64,000 bases of DNA, from positions 36,890,001-36,954,000 of the forward strand of contig OX597822.1 of the NCBI GenBank assembly GCA_951406725.2. The letters run 5' to 3'. The position numbers and the translations under genes were made by a program. Under the pieces are notes generated by a model. It had not been told where the DNA came from. It searched no databases and saw only the letters and a program-made list of their open reading frames with translations. Source of the DNA: Octopus vulgaris (lineage: Eukaryota). Below, in pieces: positions 38,270 through 51,675 of this stretch. How positions within the stretch are numbered: the first letter of the stretch is position 1; each line of letters opens with the position of its first letter.

Positions 38270-38896
38270 ATATTTATATATATATATACATACACATACA
38301 CACAGAGAAATATATAGACACACAAATATAAATACACTCATACATATATGCATACATACACTCACATATCTATATATAGATACTTGTCTATGTACATATA
38401 TATGTATATATGAATATATCTGTGTGCATACACACACACATTATTATCATTTTATGTATATATATATATATATATACATATATGTATATATGACACATTA
38501 TATTCAGGGTAGTCTTTCTCACGATGGCAAAAGCAGTGGTGAATGTTTAATGTGTGCATTTATGTAGGTGTGTATGTATATATATATATATATATATATA
38601 TACATACATATATATATATGTGTGTGTGTGTATATATATGTATACACACACACACACACATATAAATACACATATACATATATGCATACATGCACTCACA
38701 TATATCTAGATACTTATCTATGTACATATATATATATGTATATATGAATATATCTGTGAATGTGTATCTGTGTGTGTGTGAGTATACACACACATATTAT
38801 TATATATGACACCTTATATTCAGAGTAGTCTTTCTCACGATGGCAAAAGCAGTGATGAATGTTTAATGTGTGTACATGCATATGCATGCATATGTG

Positions 38897-38950
<54 letters not shown>
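38270..38950. repeat. Tandem duplication (about 315-bp unit x2) in TA/CA microsatellite-rich sequence
   Basis: Unique core tatattcag.gtagtctttctcacgatggcaaaagcagtg.tgaatgtttaatgtgtg at about 38499 and about 38815. Confidence 0.85.
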
Positions 38951-38953
<3 letters not shown>

Positions 38954-39123
38954 GGCAAACACAGAATATTCTTTAATGAATAGTTAAAAGAAATTATGGA
39001 AGATGGCAATGATGTGGTCAGTGGTGGTAACAATGGCAGTGGTGATGGTGGTGGATGAGAGAGTTGATAATATAAGCGAGGGGGAAAAACTTTGATAATA
39101 TAATGGTTTTGAATTGGGATTGC

Positions 39124-39233
39124 TCACAACCAGGGGTGCCAGGCTGGGTCCATACGACACAAGTTGTCGTGGCTATTGGCAGCAGCTACCAATGTACTCA
39201 CTTTACTTTCAGCACCTTCAAATGTGGCCAGAT
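39124..39233 (-). CDS. TRRAP: TRRAP terminal coding exon, FATC domain (LATFEGAESKVSTLVAAANSHDNLCRMDPAWHPWL*)
   Basis: tccag| acceptor, TGA at 39126-39124, canonical FATC end. Confidence 0.98.
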
Positions 39234-39951
39234 CTGGAAAAAAAGAACAGAAAACAAATAGAGAGTAAGAGAATAGAAATGGTTTTGGGAATTCCTTATA
39301 AAATATATTAAACAGTGTACATACATGGCAGATACATCATCATTATCACTGTTATCGTCGCTTAACGTCTGCTTTCCATGCTGGCATGGGTTGGATGGTT
39401 TGACTGAGGTCTAGCAAGCCAGAAGGCTGCACCAGGCTCCAATCCAATCTGGATTGTTTCTACAGCTGGATGCCCTTCCTAATGCCAAACACTCCAAGAG
39501 TGTAGTGGCGGCTTTTTACATGCCACCGGCACAAGGGCCAGTCAGGTGGTACTGGCATCGGCCATGCTTGAATGGTGCTTTTTACATGCCACCGGCACAG
39601 GAGCCAAAATATTTATAAAGTCTCACTGAGAGAATAGAGACTTTCAGCAGCGAGAGAGAGAGAGAGAGAGATAGTTAGCTACTCAGTCTCTCTCACACAC
39701 ACACAGTGAATCAGAGATAAAGTTATAGCTTATATTTAGTTGTACTATAGGTGCTAGGAAGGGCATCCAGCTGCAGAAACCATGTCAAAGCAGACAGAAG
39801 AGCTCAGTAAAGTCCTCTGACTAGTCAGCTTCTGTCAAACTGTCTGATCCATGCAGCATGGAAAGCAGATGTATGACAATGATTATGAAGAGAATATAAG
39901 GTCTGTTAATTTGGAATGTGAACAGAAAATTATAGACAAGGAGGGAAAAGA

Positions 39952-39987
<36 letters not shown>

Positions 39988-42900
39988 AATGAGTGAGAAA
40001 TGAGAAAGAGATGGAGGAGAGTGTGAGGAGAAAATTAAAAGAAAGAAAAGTGGAGAAAAAGAAGAGGCTAAAGAGAAAGAAAGAGCGAGAGAGCAAGAAG
40101 ACAAAAAAAAAGATAAGGACAGAGATTAAGAAAATATCGAAGAGAAACAACAAGCAACTGTCCTTACATGAATATTTGTTACATTAGCAAAAACTGATGC
40201 TGTCCAATTTAACTGATTATACCACACATAAACCATAACTTCTTTTCTGGGAACTTTTATACGATTGTTTGTTATGATTTGTTACTTTTATGGGGCTACA
40301 TGTTTAAACGCCCTTTTTTATCTTTAGCATAGTTAAATGTATATAAGTTGTATTCAGAAGGCTATTTAATTAAATAAAATATTGTGTTTAAGATTACTTC
40401 ATTAGTTATACTTTTTTTATTTATATTTTTAACAAACAAAACTATAAAAAGAAATTATCGATATTATAATCAATGTCTTAAATTTAGAAGAGTTCTATAT
40501 AGGGTGTCTATAAGGTGTTCAATTGTTTGTTAAAACAGATATTTGGTAAATACAATTTTTACATGCAATATTCCTTATGTAAGATTTAAAAGGACAAGTT
40601 CCAAAATATTTATACATTTAAAATATCTTTTATTTCTTGTTAATAAAGAAATTATTTCATAATTTACATATTACAGTAAAGGCAAGGCAGGTAGACAGGT
40701 AATAAAGAAACCTGTATCATTTGGCATTTAAATATGTCTAGTATTAAATCTACGAGAGTGTAAATAATTTAATTTACACTAGCTAGTTTTTTAACCTTAA
40801 CTAATTGAAAGGAAGGATTTTAGTATGACATAAGGCCATTTGTTAAACGCCTAAGCGACAATACGAAATATCAAAATAGATATTTCTCGCCTATAGCATA
40901 AAGGATGAAAATGAGTGATTTCAAGATGTTACATCATTTTACATAGATATCTAACACAAATCACAAAGTACCTCTTTAGGACAGTGGGCTAGCAAAATAA
41001 TTAGTGCATTCGATGAGCTCCTTGTGGTATTTGTTACAGCTCTGCTTTCCCAATTCAAATCCTGTTGAAATCAACTTTACTTATCATCATTTTCGGGATC
41101 ATTAAGTAAAGAATTAGCCTGGGTGGTGAACAGGCAAAATGGTTAGAATATTAGATAAGTACACATTTTAGCTTTTTGCATTCTGAGTTCAAATCCCACC
41201 ATGGTCTACGTAGGTGGTAGACTTAATTAGTAGCCCTGTTTAACATCACCTGGTCTTTAAATGCCTTTAGTAGGGTAAACAGCTACAAGCATTTTAGCCA
41301 AGTCTTCAGGTGAAAGATAACTTGCTCCCATTCTCCCTCTCACCAGCCTCAGAAGCTCTGTAAAGGGCCGTAGATACTGTCTCTTCTTCTCGACTAAGTA
41401 TAAATAGTTAAAATAAACTCACTAGTAACTGGTAAGATGGAAAGGTTACCAGGCCAAAAGATTACAGGCAAGTGACCAGATTGAATGTAACAAAGTAAAA
41501 AGTGATCGAATAAACAGACTTACTGTTGAGACGAGTTGTAATGGCCGACACTGCCTTATTAACCAAGCTGATTAAAAGTTCTCCCTCCATTGCAGGTGGC
41601 TGGGTACATGGGTTAGTTTCCTCTTGTTTCTGAAAACAACATACAAATCATATTCAAGTCAGTCCAACAAACAATTAAATGACATAAGTAACTAGCTAGG
41701 GAGTTGTGGACAGTGCCACTGCTACCGTCCTCCTCCTCATCATCTAATATCTGTTTTCCACAATGGTATGGGCTGGATGGTTCAACAGGAGTTGACTAAC
41801 CAGAGGGATGTGTTGGGCTTCAATGTCTATTTTAACAAGGTTTCTTCAGCAGGTTGCTCTTCCTAATGCCAACTACTTAACAGAGAGGACTGAATGTTTT
41901 TTTTTTTTTTCATAGCATCAATACCAGTGAGATCAGCAAATAGTTCACAAGACAAGATCTCTTGATGGAGTTGAGGGTGCAAAATTGGTGCTGGGTGTTG
42001 GGTGGCTGAAATATAACAGAGAGACAGGAGCAGATGTTTTGCTGTAGAGGAGATACATGGCTACTCCAGCAAGGAAGTGAGGGGAAATGATGATTGACTT
42101 GCAGTATCAGGGTGTAACCACAAGATCCAAGAACCTGGAATAATATAGAGCAATGATACATCATCCCTATTTCTGTATATTTTATACACTGTACATAACA
42201 GTAGTATTTAACCCTTTAGCATTCAGATTACTCTATCAAATATAATGTTTATTTATTCACATTGTTTTGAACTAACCATACATTATCTCATGACTCTGAG
42301 ATTTTGATGATGATGATGAAGGAGGAGGAGGAGAAGTTGTTGTTGTTGTTTGTGCGTGCGCGTGCAGTGTTCAGGCATACTACAGCTCAGAATGACATTA
42401 TCGGTTATTCTACAATGTTCTATGATTCTAGCCAGATCTGCCCAGTTTGAACATAAAACAAGTTGAATATTTGGGCCAGACATGGCTGGTTGAAATGCGA
42501 AAGGGTTACACAGGACATGTCTTTTATAAAATAATATTCACAATAAATATCTCAATATAATTGTCTGGACTACCAACCTCATCTTTAGAAAGTCCATTAG
42601 TTTGTTTTATGTCCACTTTTCTATGCAAGCATGGGTTGGACAAAGACACATTTGAAGCAGTATTTTATGCTGGGTAACTGAATGCTTACCTTCTTGTGCC
42701 ATGTAATGTATTCATCTCGGAGAATTGCTCGCAGGAAACTGGGAACCTTGTATTGAGGATGGACAAAGCAGCGTGCTGCTGAGACCATTGAAGCAGTTAA
42801 GGGACCTGTCACTCCGGTCGATGTAAGAAATTCAGCAATATTTGGGGTCAGTCGGAAGGGGACAGGACGGTTGGCATCAAGTTCTCCTGAAACGAACAAA

Positions 42901-45900
42901 ACAACACAACCATTCAGTAGAATAAACAAAAAGGAAAATAATTTAATAAAACTTATCATAGACACAGGCAGAGTAGAGCGGTTAAGAAATTTACTTTGTA
43001 GCCATGTATTTCCATCCAACTGCATGGCACCAAGATGTGTTGTCTTCATTTTCTATTGCAACTTCAAGCTGATTAATGCTTTGTAAGTGGTATTTAGTAA
43101 GCAGAAACTGTATGGACGCTAACACACAAACTTATATAAAGCTCTTGTAGTGGATATGGAGAGATGTGTGTGTGTGTGTCCCCCTTTTCTTGACATTGGA
43201 TAATTGTAAATGAATGTCATTCATTTCCAATATTTAGCACAAGTATATATCTGGCCTTAAGACAATATAACTTTGCTTGGAAACAGGTAAGAGTTGGCAA
43301 AAGGAAGGGCATCCAGCTATAGAAAATCTGTCTCACTAAACCCCATCCGCCCCATAAAATAGAAAAATGGATGTTAAAATGATGATATATATCATCATTT
43401 TCATCATTATTATTTAACATCTGTTTTCCATGCTGGCATGGGTTGGACAGCTTGACAGGAGCTGGTAAGGCCAGGGACCATATCAGGTTCCAGTCTGCTT
43501 TGGCTTAGTTTGTACAGCTGGATGTCCTTCCTTAAAACCAACCACATTACATAGTGTACTGGGTACATTTTATGTGGCAGCAGCACCAGTGCTTTTTACA
43601 TGGTACCATCACCAGTGCTTGTGTCCCTTAATGTTAAAAAAAAAAAATTACCCAACCACTTGGCAAATAGAAATTAGGAGTGGTAGGGAGGTTCATATCT
43701 TCAACTAAAACCTTTAGCAGTAATCCACTGACTGAAATAAGTGAAAATTTAATGAAAATTTGAAATATAAACATCCAAAGACCTTCGACTAAAGAAAAGA
43801 ATCCTTACCAGATTGATCGTCAAGATCAAACTTGAAATAAGCAATATTAAGGAAACCACAGTCCTGATGAAGATACATCATGTCTGGATTCATGCGAGTG
43901 AGGTGAAGTATGAACTCTGCAAAAGCCATCAGTGCCAGCTGGATAGTTATCTGGGCAAGAAGAGAAGGAAAAGAAAGATTAGAACAATGTCACTGGAGCA
44001 GAAATAGTGCCAGAACAGAAATGGTTACCAATTAGTAAGAATTCAACTCCTAAACTAAACAAATACCTGCAATTATTTAACCCTTTTATTACCAACCCAG
44101 CTAAAACCACCTCTGGCTCTGTAGTACAAATATCTTGTTTTCATAAGTTTTGAATTAAAATCTTCCACCAAACCTTAGTCACAATTTATGTTCCTAACAC
44201 TAGCTGAATGATAACTAAGTTATTTTACTAAATTCTTTGTTATATTTAAAGTAACTGAAAGAAACACAGAGCATCTCAAAATAAATACAGTAACGAAAGG
44301 GTTAAAGGTTAATATTATTTATAAAACTTTGCATGCTCAAAATGGTGGTAGTATTGTAACCCACACTTTGCTTTTTCCTTGCTGCTTGAGTTTTTACTTA
44401 GAGAAGGATTTAAGCAATATACTCCTTTTCACCTACTCATAATACCTATTAAAACAAAGCTATTGAAAGTCTCTCCATGGTCAGTTAATTTGAAAAACAA
44501 TAGCAGCTAAACCTTCAAATTAAATGCTCCTGCCTCGAAAAGGACAGACACATTAGTTGATGACTTGCTTTGGGCCCTTAAGACTTAACGGTGTTGTAAG
44601 AGCACCTTTGTGATATGCAGTATGTTTGAACATTTTTAAATCTGGTAAACCTATTCCTCTCCAAGTTTTAACTACACTGAAAGAAAAAGACAGAAGCAAG
44701 AATTAACTTCAGCACGAGGCTGGTATTTTATTTGCAAATCCTGAAAGGCTGACAGACAAACTCGATCTTAACAGTATTTCAGTTCAGACAGTAGAGAGCC
44801 AAAACAAATGCCACACAGCAGGCACACCAACATTCTGACAACTAAGCTAATTCCTTATTTTGGCTGGTGTGACTCTGGATACAAAACATGTGAAGAAAAA
44901 GACAAGACAATTCTGGCTGAAGTAACTTGGATCACAGGTCTGCTCATTCAGGCTGCCCTGGGACAAAGCAACAATGATTATACCAAGGAAGAAAGAAAAT
45001 AACAGCAAATGCTTTGGTCAATTTCTGCATCATTATTGGAGGTATCAGATCACAGAAGCTGGGATCATACACATGAACCATAACAGAAGGGTCAGTTAGA
45101 TAAGTTCACATAAAAACAGTCAATATTTTGATATCATTTCCTTACAAACAAAAACGTTTTAATGTAGAAATCTAACTCATTTCATTCACATTTTGATTTC
45201 AGTTTCATTGATCTTGTTGTTTAGCTCCAGATCAAGATTAGACTTGATTAAACAGATCCATCAATGATTAACAAAATTCCAGTTGTTATGTCCATCCTGC
45301 ATTTTTTCTGTCATCAAAACAATAGACTACATAATGCAGTGTGTCCTACATAATGCAGTGTGTCCATTATCTAAAACAGTGAGATGGATGTTGAGGGAGA
45401 TTTAGTTGTTATTTCTAGCAGTTTGAGTGATTCCAAAAAGGATTTATTGTTCATTCATTTATCATATTTAAAGCTCTTACAATAAACAATGGCTTTCCTG
45501 CACTACCATGGCCATGGCCACAATGGTTACAACAAACTAAAGACATGAAGAACTTATATTTTAACAACCCCATACATAAATATGACCTTATTATCATAAA
45601 AAAGTTATTAAGAAAGTTTGTCACAAGTTAGTGACATTTTTGGGCACAGACACAGCTGTGTGGTTAAGGAGCTTATTTTGTGACCATGTAGTTTTGAGTT
45701 CCGTCCCACTGCATGGCATCTTGGGCAAGTGTCATCTGAAGGCCAACCAAAGTCTTGCAAGCAAACTTGGTACATAGAAACTGCTCATTGTGTGTGTATT
45801 CAAGTTTGTCCTCCACACCATTTGACAACTGATTTAGTTTGTTTACATTCCCGTAACTTAGCAAATTGGCAAAATGAACTGATAGAATAACAATCCGATT

Positions 45901-46708
45901 TGTAAAAAAAACATAAGTACTAGGGTCAAGTTCTTTGACTGAAACCTGGTGCACCAGCATGGCCATAGTCCAATGACTGAAACAAGTAAAAGATAAAAGC
46001 TACTCACAGTTTTTCGGAATGTCCAATAGTCTGTGGCATCAGGAAACGTGTGCAGAACCCATTCTTTCAACAGTCCCCGTGGTACCATATTGGTCTGTAC
46101 GTCCTTTAATATATCTCTGAGAACCTGGTGGCTAGCCTGGGAGCCGCGGGCTTGCACAGTAGCCAGGCGTTCATAGTAGCGGGCAATAGGGGCGTCATGC
46201 TCAATTCCTCGTTTCAGACAGCGCTACAATAGGAAAGAGGTTATTGTTGAGTCTTCAGTATGTGTTTGTGTGTGTGTGTGTGTCAGAGAGAGAGAGAAAG
46301 ATAGACAGACAGGCAGAGAGATTGCAGTGAATTGTATAGAGAAGAGGAGAGAGATAATGAAAACAAGAAAGAAAGAAATTGAGCGAAAGAAGAAAAGATA
46401 CAAATGTGTTTGTGCTTGTATGCATAGGCTTAGACATGATAGTATAATTAAGACGTTTGCTTCCCAACCATGCAATTTTAAGTTCAGTTACACAGGATGG
46501 CAACGCGAGCAAGTGTCTTCTTCAACAGGTCAGAGCCAACTGAAGCCTTGCGAGTGGATTTGGCACACAGAAATGGAAAGAAGACCGTCGTGTATGTGTG
46601 TGTGTGGGGGGGGGGCATGCTTGCATCTCCTTGCCTTGACATCACTTGACAGATATAAATGAGTGTCAGTCATACAATCAGTGACCCTCATTTCCAGTTG
46701 TCCGTGAA

Positions 46709-46785
<77 letters not shown>

Positions 46786-49700
46786 ATTTTGAACCCATTT
46801 TGATTATTATGCTGTCTCATATGTGTGTAATATCTTTGCTATACACACACACACACACGTGTGTGTGTGTATGTGTGTGTATAGCAAAGATATCACACAC
46901 ATATGAGACAGCATAATAATCAAAATGGGTTCAAAATAGATTTTTGCTATTTTATATACATTACAGTGTGATATAAAAAGCACCCATTACACTCTTGGAG
47001 TGGTTGGCATTAGGAAGGGCAGTAGAAACCATGCCAAATCAGACTGGAGTCTGGTGTGGCTCTCTGGCTTACCAGTTCCAAGAAAGTGGAAGTTAAATGG
47101 ATTTAAGTGCTGGTAAGGCTGTGGTTGAGAAGATTACTTTTCATAAAATGGTCATAGTTTCGATCCCACTGCATGGCACCTTGGGAAAGTATCTTCTACT
47201 ACAGCCCTGGTTTGATGAACACTGAGAGAAGCCTGATGTGTGTGTGTGTGTGTGTGTGTGTACACTCTTAGTCTGACATCACACAATGGCTGTAAATGAG
47301 TATCACTATCATAGAACCATGTTATTCATTTTCAGTCTTCCATGAAAAACATGCCTAGCTATGGCAAATATTACCTTGCCTGGAAACAAATGAGAGTTAG
47401 CAACAAGGACATCCAGTCATATAAAATTTGCCTCAACAAATACTGTTTGATTCAAGCAAGTATGGAAAAGTGGATATCAGATGATGATTTAATTTGAAAA
47501 GATATATTGTGGGAGCTGGAAAGTAAAACTCAGAAAGGGTTTCAAAATTTTCTGGCAAACATAATGATATCTATATGCACTATGCTTCAGACAACATAGT
47601 GTATAGAGATACCAGCTGAGGCTAATATTACAAAAAAGGGTGGATAACTAACTGCCTATGGTGAACGAATACTCATTTACAGTTATTTGATGAGGAAATA
47701 TTTGAGATTAATGTTGAGAAAATATCTATGTCAATTTATTGTCAGTACTGGTAACAAAAAGAGATAGTTACCTGTTTAAAGATGTCCTGTAGAGAGATTG
47801 AAGCAGGATTGTCTTCAACAAGGCGCATCTGAGGCGAGAAGGATACCACTCTGGGAACAGTGAAATACAACAATCTTCGGCTTGTTTCCTGAAAGTAGAC
47901 AGAGAAAAGGAGGTGGGGTGATTGAAATAATGATGCAACAAAACTTCATTAAGATGGTAATTAAAAAATACACACACACACACTCACACACATATATATA
48001 AAACAAGAGGAATTGTTTTTGAGCATTTTCTTGTTTGGTTTGTGATAAGGTTAAAAACTGCCCTGTGTTTAAATTATATAAATGCAACCAGTGAACAAAA
48101 GACTAATGACTTCCTAAACCACAGTTCTCAACTTTGGTTTCTGGAGAAAGAAGTGTATCAAGCATAGCTTAACCTTCTCGGATAGGTTGCTAGTCAAACA
48201 TAGGTAACTCTCCCAGTAGAGCCAGGTAAGATATTCCTTGACTAATGCATAGATTGAAGTAATGTCAAATGAATACTTTTGATTAGTTCACAGGAGTATT
48301 TCTGTTATTGCAATAATTGGAAATATACTTGTAAGCAAGTACAGAAACAAGAATGAACCAGGATATTTTTAAAATACTGTCAATAGCTTTTTTTAGTCTC
48401 CATGTATCTCTGGAAAGTCCTGTCGAAAACCTCTTGCGTACATAAAAAAACAGGTTCCTCTACGTGAGTAAGATCTTATCTTGAACTTATTCTCCTTTGT
48501 GCGGACATAGAATTTTAGTTTAAAACCACCATACTTTGGAGCAGTATACATGCGCACACACACACATATATATAAGCAAGTATCTTAAAGCATGAAAATT
48601 CACATTCTAATATATTCATCAAAGAAAAAGGGTAGAACTGAAGTAATTACGCTGAGAGAGCCATAAGTGTTTTTTATTTATTTCTTGAGGTTTCACTATT
48701 TTCATCAGACTTCAGCAACCTGGTTACAGACTTAACCATTTTGATACCAACCCACCCATGACTCTCCCATTTCGATAATACAAAAGTTTTAAATAGCTTT
48801 CGATTAAAAGAAAACCTTCTGTCAAAATTTCATGTTATGTTTTCCAAACACCAGCTTCATAATGACAAAGTTATTTTACTAAATTTTTTTCATTATTTTC
48901 AAAACCAAAGAATTAATTTTATTGCAACTCAACTTGCCAAAATAGATGAAGTTATTCTCGATAAATGTGTGCATGTCTGTGCACAATTCTGCAAGTGCAT
49001 ACGTGTGCAGATACACTTGTGGTGAGCACTCAACAAGATTAGAAAAAGGAAGTTACCTTTTGTTTTGTGAGGAATAAATTCAGCATCCTTAATAGTTGTA
49101 GGACCCTTTCTTCACGACAAGATTCAGTGAGGCAGCCATCGTTGATGACAAGATAGGGATAAATCTGTATAGGAAGACAAAGGGAACAGTGATATATGTA
49201 CATGTATACATATAAACATTATGTTGAAATATAAGGGGGGAGATAAACATACATATATAAATATGGAATAATAGCAGGATCATTGTAGTAAATGATAACA
49301 GAAGAATTGCATCATCATCATTGTTAATGTCTTGTTTTTTTGCTGGCATGGGTTGGACTGTGTGACCAGAGCTGGCAAGCTAGAAGGCTACACCAGGCTC
49401 CAATCTGATCTGGTAAGGTTTCTACAGCTTGATGCCCCTCCTGCACCAATCACTCCGAGAATGTAGTGGGTGCTTTTACATGCCACCAGCATGGGAGCCA
49501 GTCAGGGGGCACTGGCATCAACTATGTTTGGATGGTGCTTTTTACGTGTCACTGGCACAGGAAGCCAGTCAGGTGGCACTGGCATCGAGTCATGCTTGAA
49601 TGGTGCTTATTACATGCCACCAGCACAGGTGTCACTCAGGCGGCACTGGCATTGGCCACAACTACAATTTCACTTGACTCAACAGGTCTTTTCAAGTACA

Positions 49701-51638
49701 ACGTGTCGTCCAGCGATTCAAGGGTACTTTTAAATGGGCTGGTTATGCAACACTAGCATCGGCCACAGCTGATGGAAAAGATAAAGGGAATGAGAATGGA
49801 AGAATTGCAGAAAGTGATGATGATGGATGAATTATGATGATGATGATGGTGGCAGTGGTGGTGGAGAAATTATAGTGGCTGATGATGATGACAATGGTAG
49901 AGGAATTGTAATGGTTGTTGCTTATGATGATGATGAAGTAAAGAAAATCTATTGAAAGAGTAACAGTGTAATATGATCCTGTTAAGAGATAAGAAAGGGC
50001 ATCATGTCCACTTACCTTGCCATTGTGTCCCCTTATATACAACCTTCTGGCGGCAGTGTTGTGTTTCTTAACTATTTCTACTCTTGGCATGAATCGAGCA
50101 ATTCTTACATAATAGTGTCCAGACTGGAAGAAAGAATACAAAAGATTAAATCAACAAACACCCACTTAATATGACAACCCCAAATTACATGCACACACAT
50201 TTCACCCTCATCATAGTCTGCTTTCAATGCTGGTGGCATGAAGTGGACAGGTCATTTTTGTCAAAGTCAGTTGATTTATTATTGTCCTAGATGGATTGGA
50301 GGACTGTAACTAACTTGAACATTCCATTTGTGCTTTGGTTTCTATTGTTGGATACCAAAGTAACTAAGCCAACAGCTTTGCAGAGTGCACTGGATGTATT
50401 CTATTGTAACACCAGTTCTCTAGAAATTTCCAAGTTCTCAAAAAACAAAAGGGTCCTCTTAGTGCCACAGTTCCACTCACTTAGCAGTGACTTTACAGAG
50501 AAACCTGGATGGATTTATCATGACACCAGTATTGGAGTGGAATACACATGCACACATACATTCACATATATATTGTGGTAATTGCAGATATTAAGACTCA
50601 TGCAACTTTTACTAAAATCATTTAATTTTAAAAAATTTCTTCTCTCTTACCTTTGGAAGCAGAAACTCGCCTGGCAGTTCAACTTCAACATTGTTGATGG
50701 AGAAATTACTAAGGAAACGACACTTTTCTTCAATAAGGAAAGATCTGGAATGAACATAATATATATATATTAGGCAATGAGCAGAAAAAGAAGACAACAA
50801 AGAAGGGACAAGTTTTAGTGCAAGGGATAAGATTGAGCTGGTTTGGTCATGTGATGCAGATGGATGCCAACAGTTCCATAAAGAAATGCTGATCTCTCAA
50901 AGTAGATGGAATACGTTAAGTGGGAGACCCAGAAAGACATGGGATGAAGTACTGAAGAACAACCTCAGGACACTGAATGCCTGGTGCCTTGCTGTACTCA
51001 AGAAGACTAGTACTACACAGCAGAAGAGTTAAGACTGGTGCCCCTGGTGGTGAGGATCGAACTGCAAGAGTCCTGGGCTAGTGTCATGTAAAAAGCACTC
51101 ATAGCAGTACCATGTAAAAGTGCCTATGCAGTGTCTGTAAAAGCACTCGTGCAGTGCCATGTAAAAGCACCCATTACACTCTGTAAAGTGGTTGATGTTA
51201 GGAAGGACATCCAGCCATAGCAAACCATGCCAAAATAGACAATTGGAGTCTGGTACAGCTCTCCAGCTTTGGTCAAACTGCTTGACCCATGCCAGCATGG
51301 ACGACAGATGATGATGATGATGATGAATTAGTTTAATACTTAAAAGGGAAAGAGTTTTAACATTTTGGATATTAGTCCATCATAAAAAGTTTTAAAAATG
51401 AGAAAAAGTGAAAGGAGAGGGATGGAAAGAGGGGTAGTGGGAAAGGAGAGTGGAGAGGGGGAAAAGAGGAGAGTGAAAAGATGAGTAGGATGGGGGAGAG
51501 AGTGTTTGGGGAAAGAGGTGAGAGGGGTAGGGAGAGAAAGTCTGAAAGGTAGAAAATAGTGAAATAAATGGGAAAAAAAGCTAGAGAGAGTAGAAGAAAA
51601 AATGATGGAAAGAGAAAAAAGGAGAAAAATAAAGAGTG

Positions 51639-51675
<37 letters not shown>

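Noticed and set aside
39993-40187. K/E/R-rich ORF (and F/L/S-rich ORFs 39821-40153 and 51340-51729)
   Set aside because: By-products of homopurine/homopyrimidine tracts.
40200-40980. AT-rich segment with two gtt(t)aaacgcc motifs as a DNA transposon
   Set aside because: No TIRs, TSD or coding remnant could be identified, so it is left uncalled.
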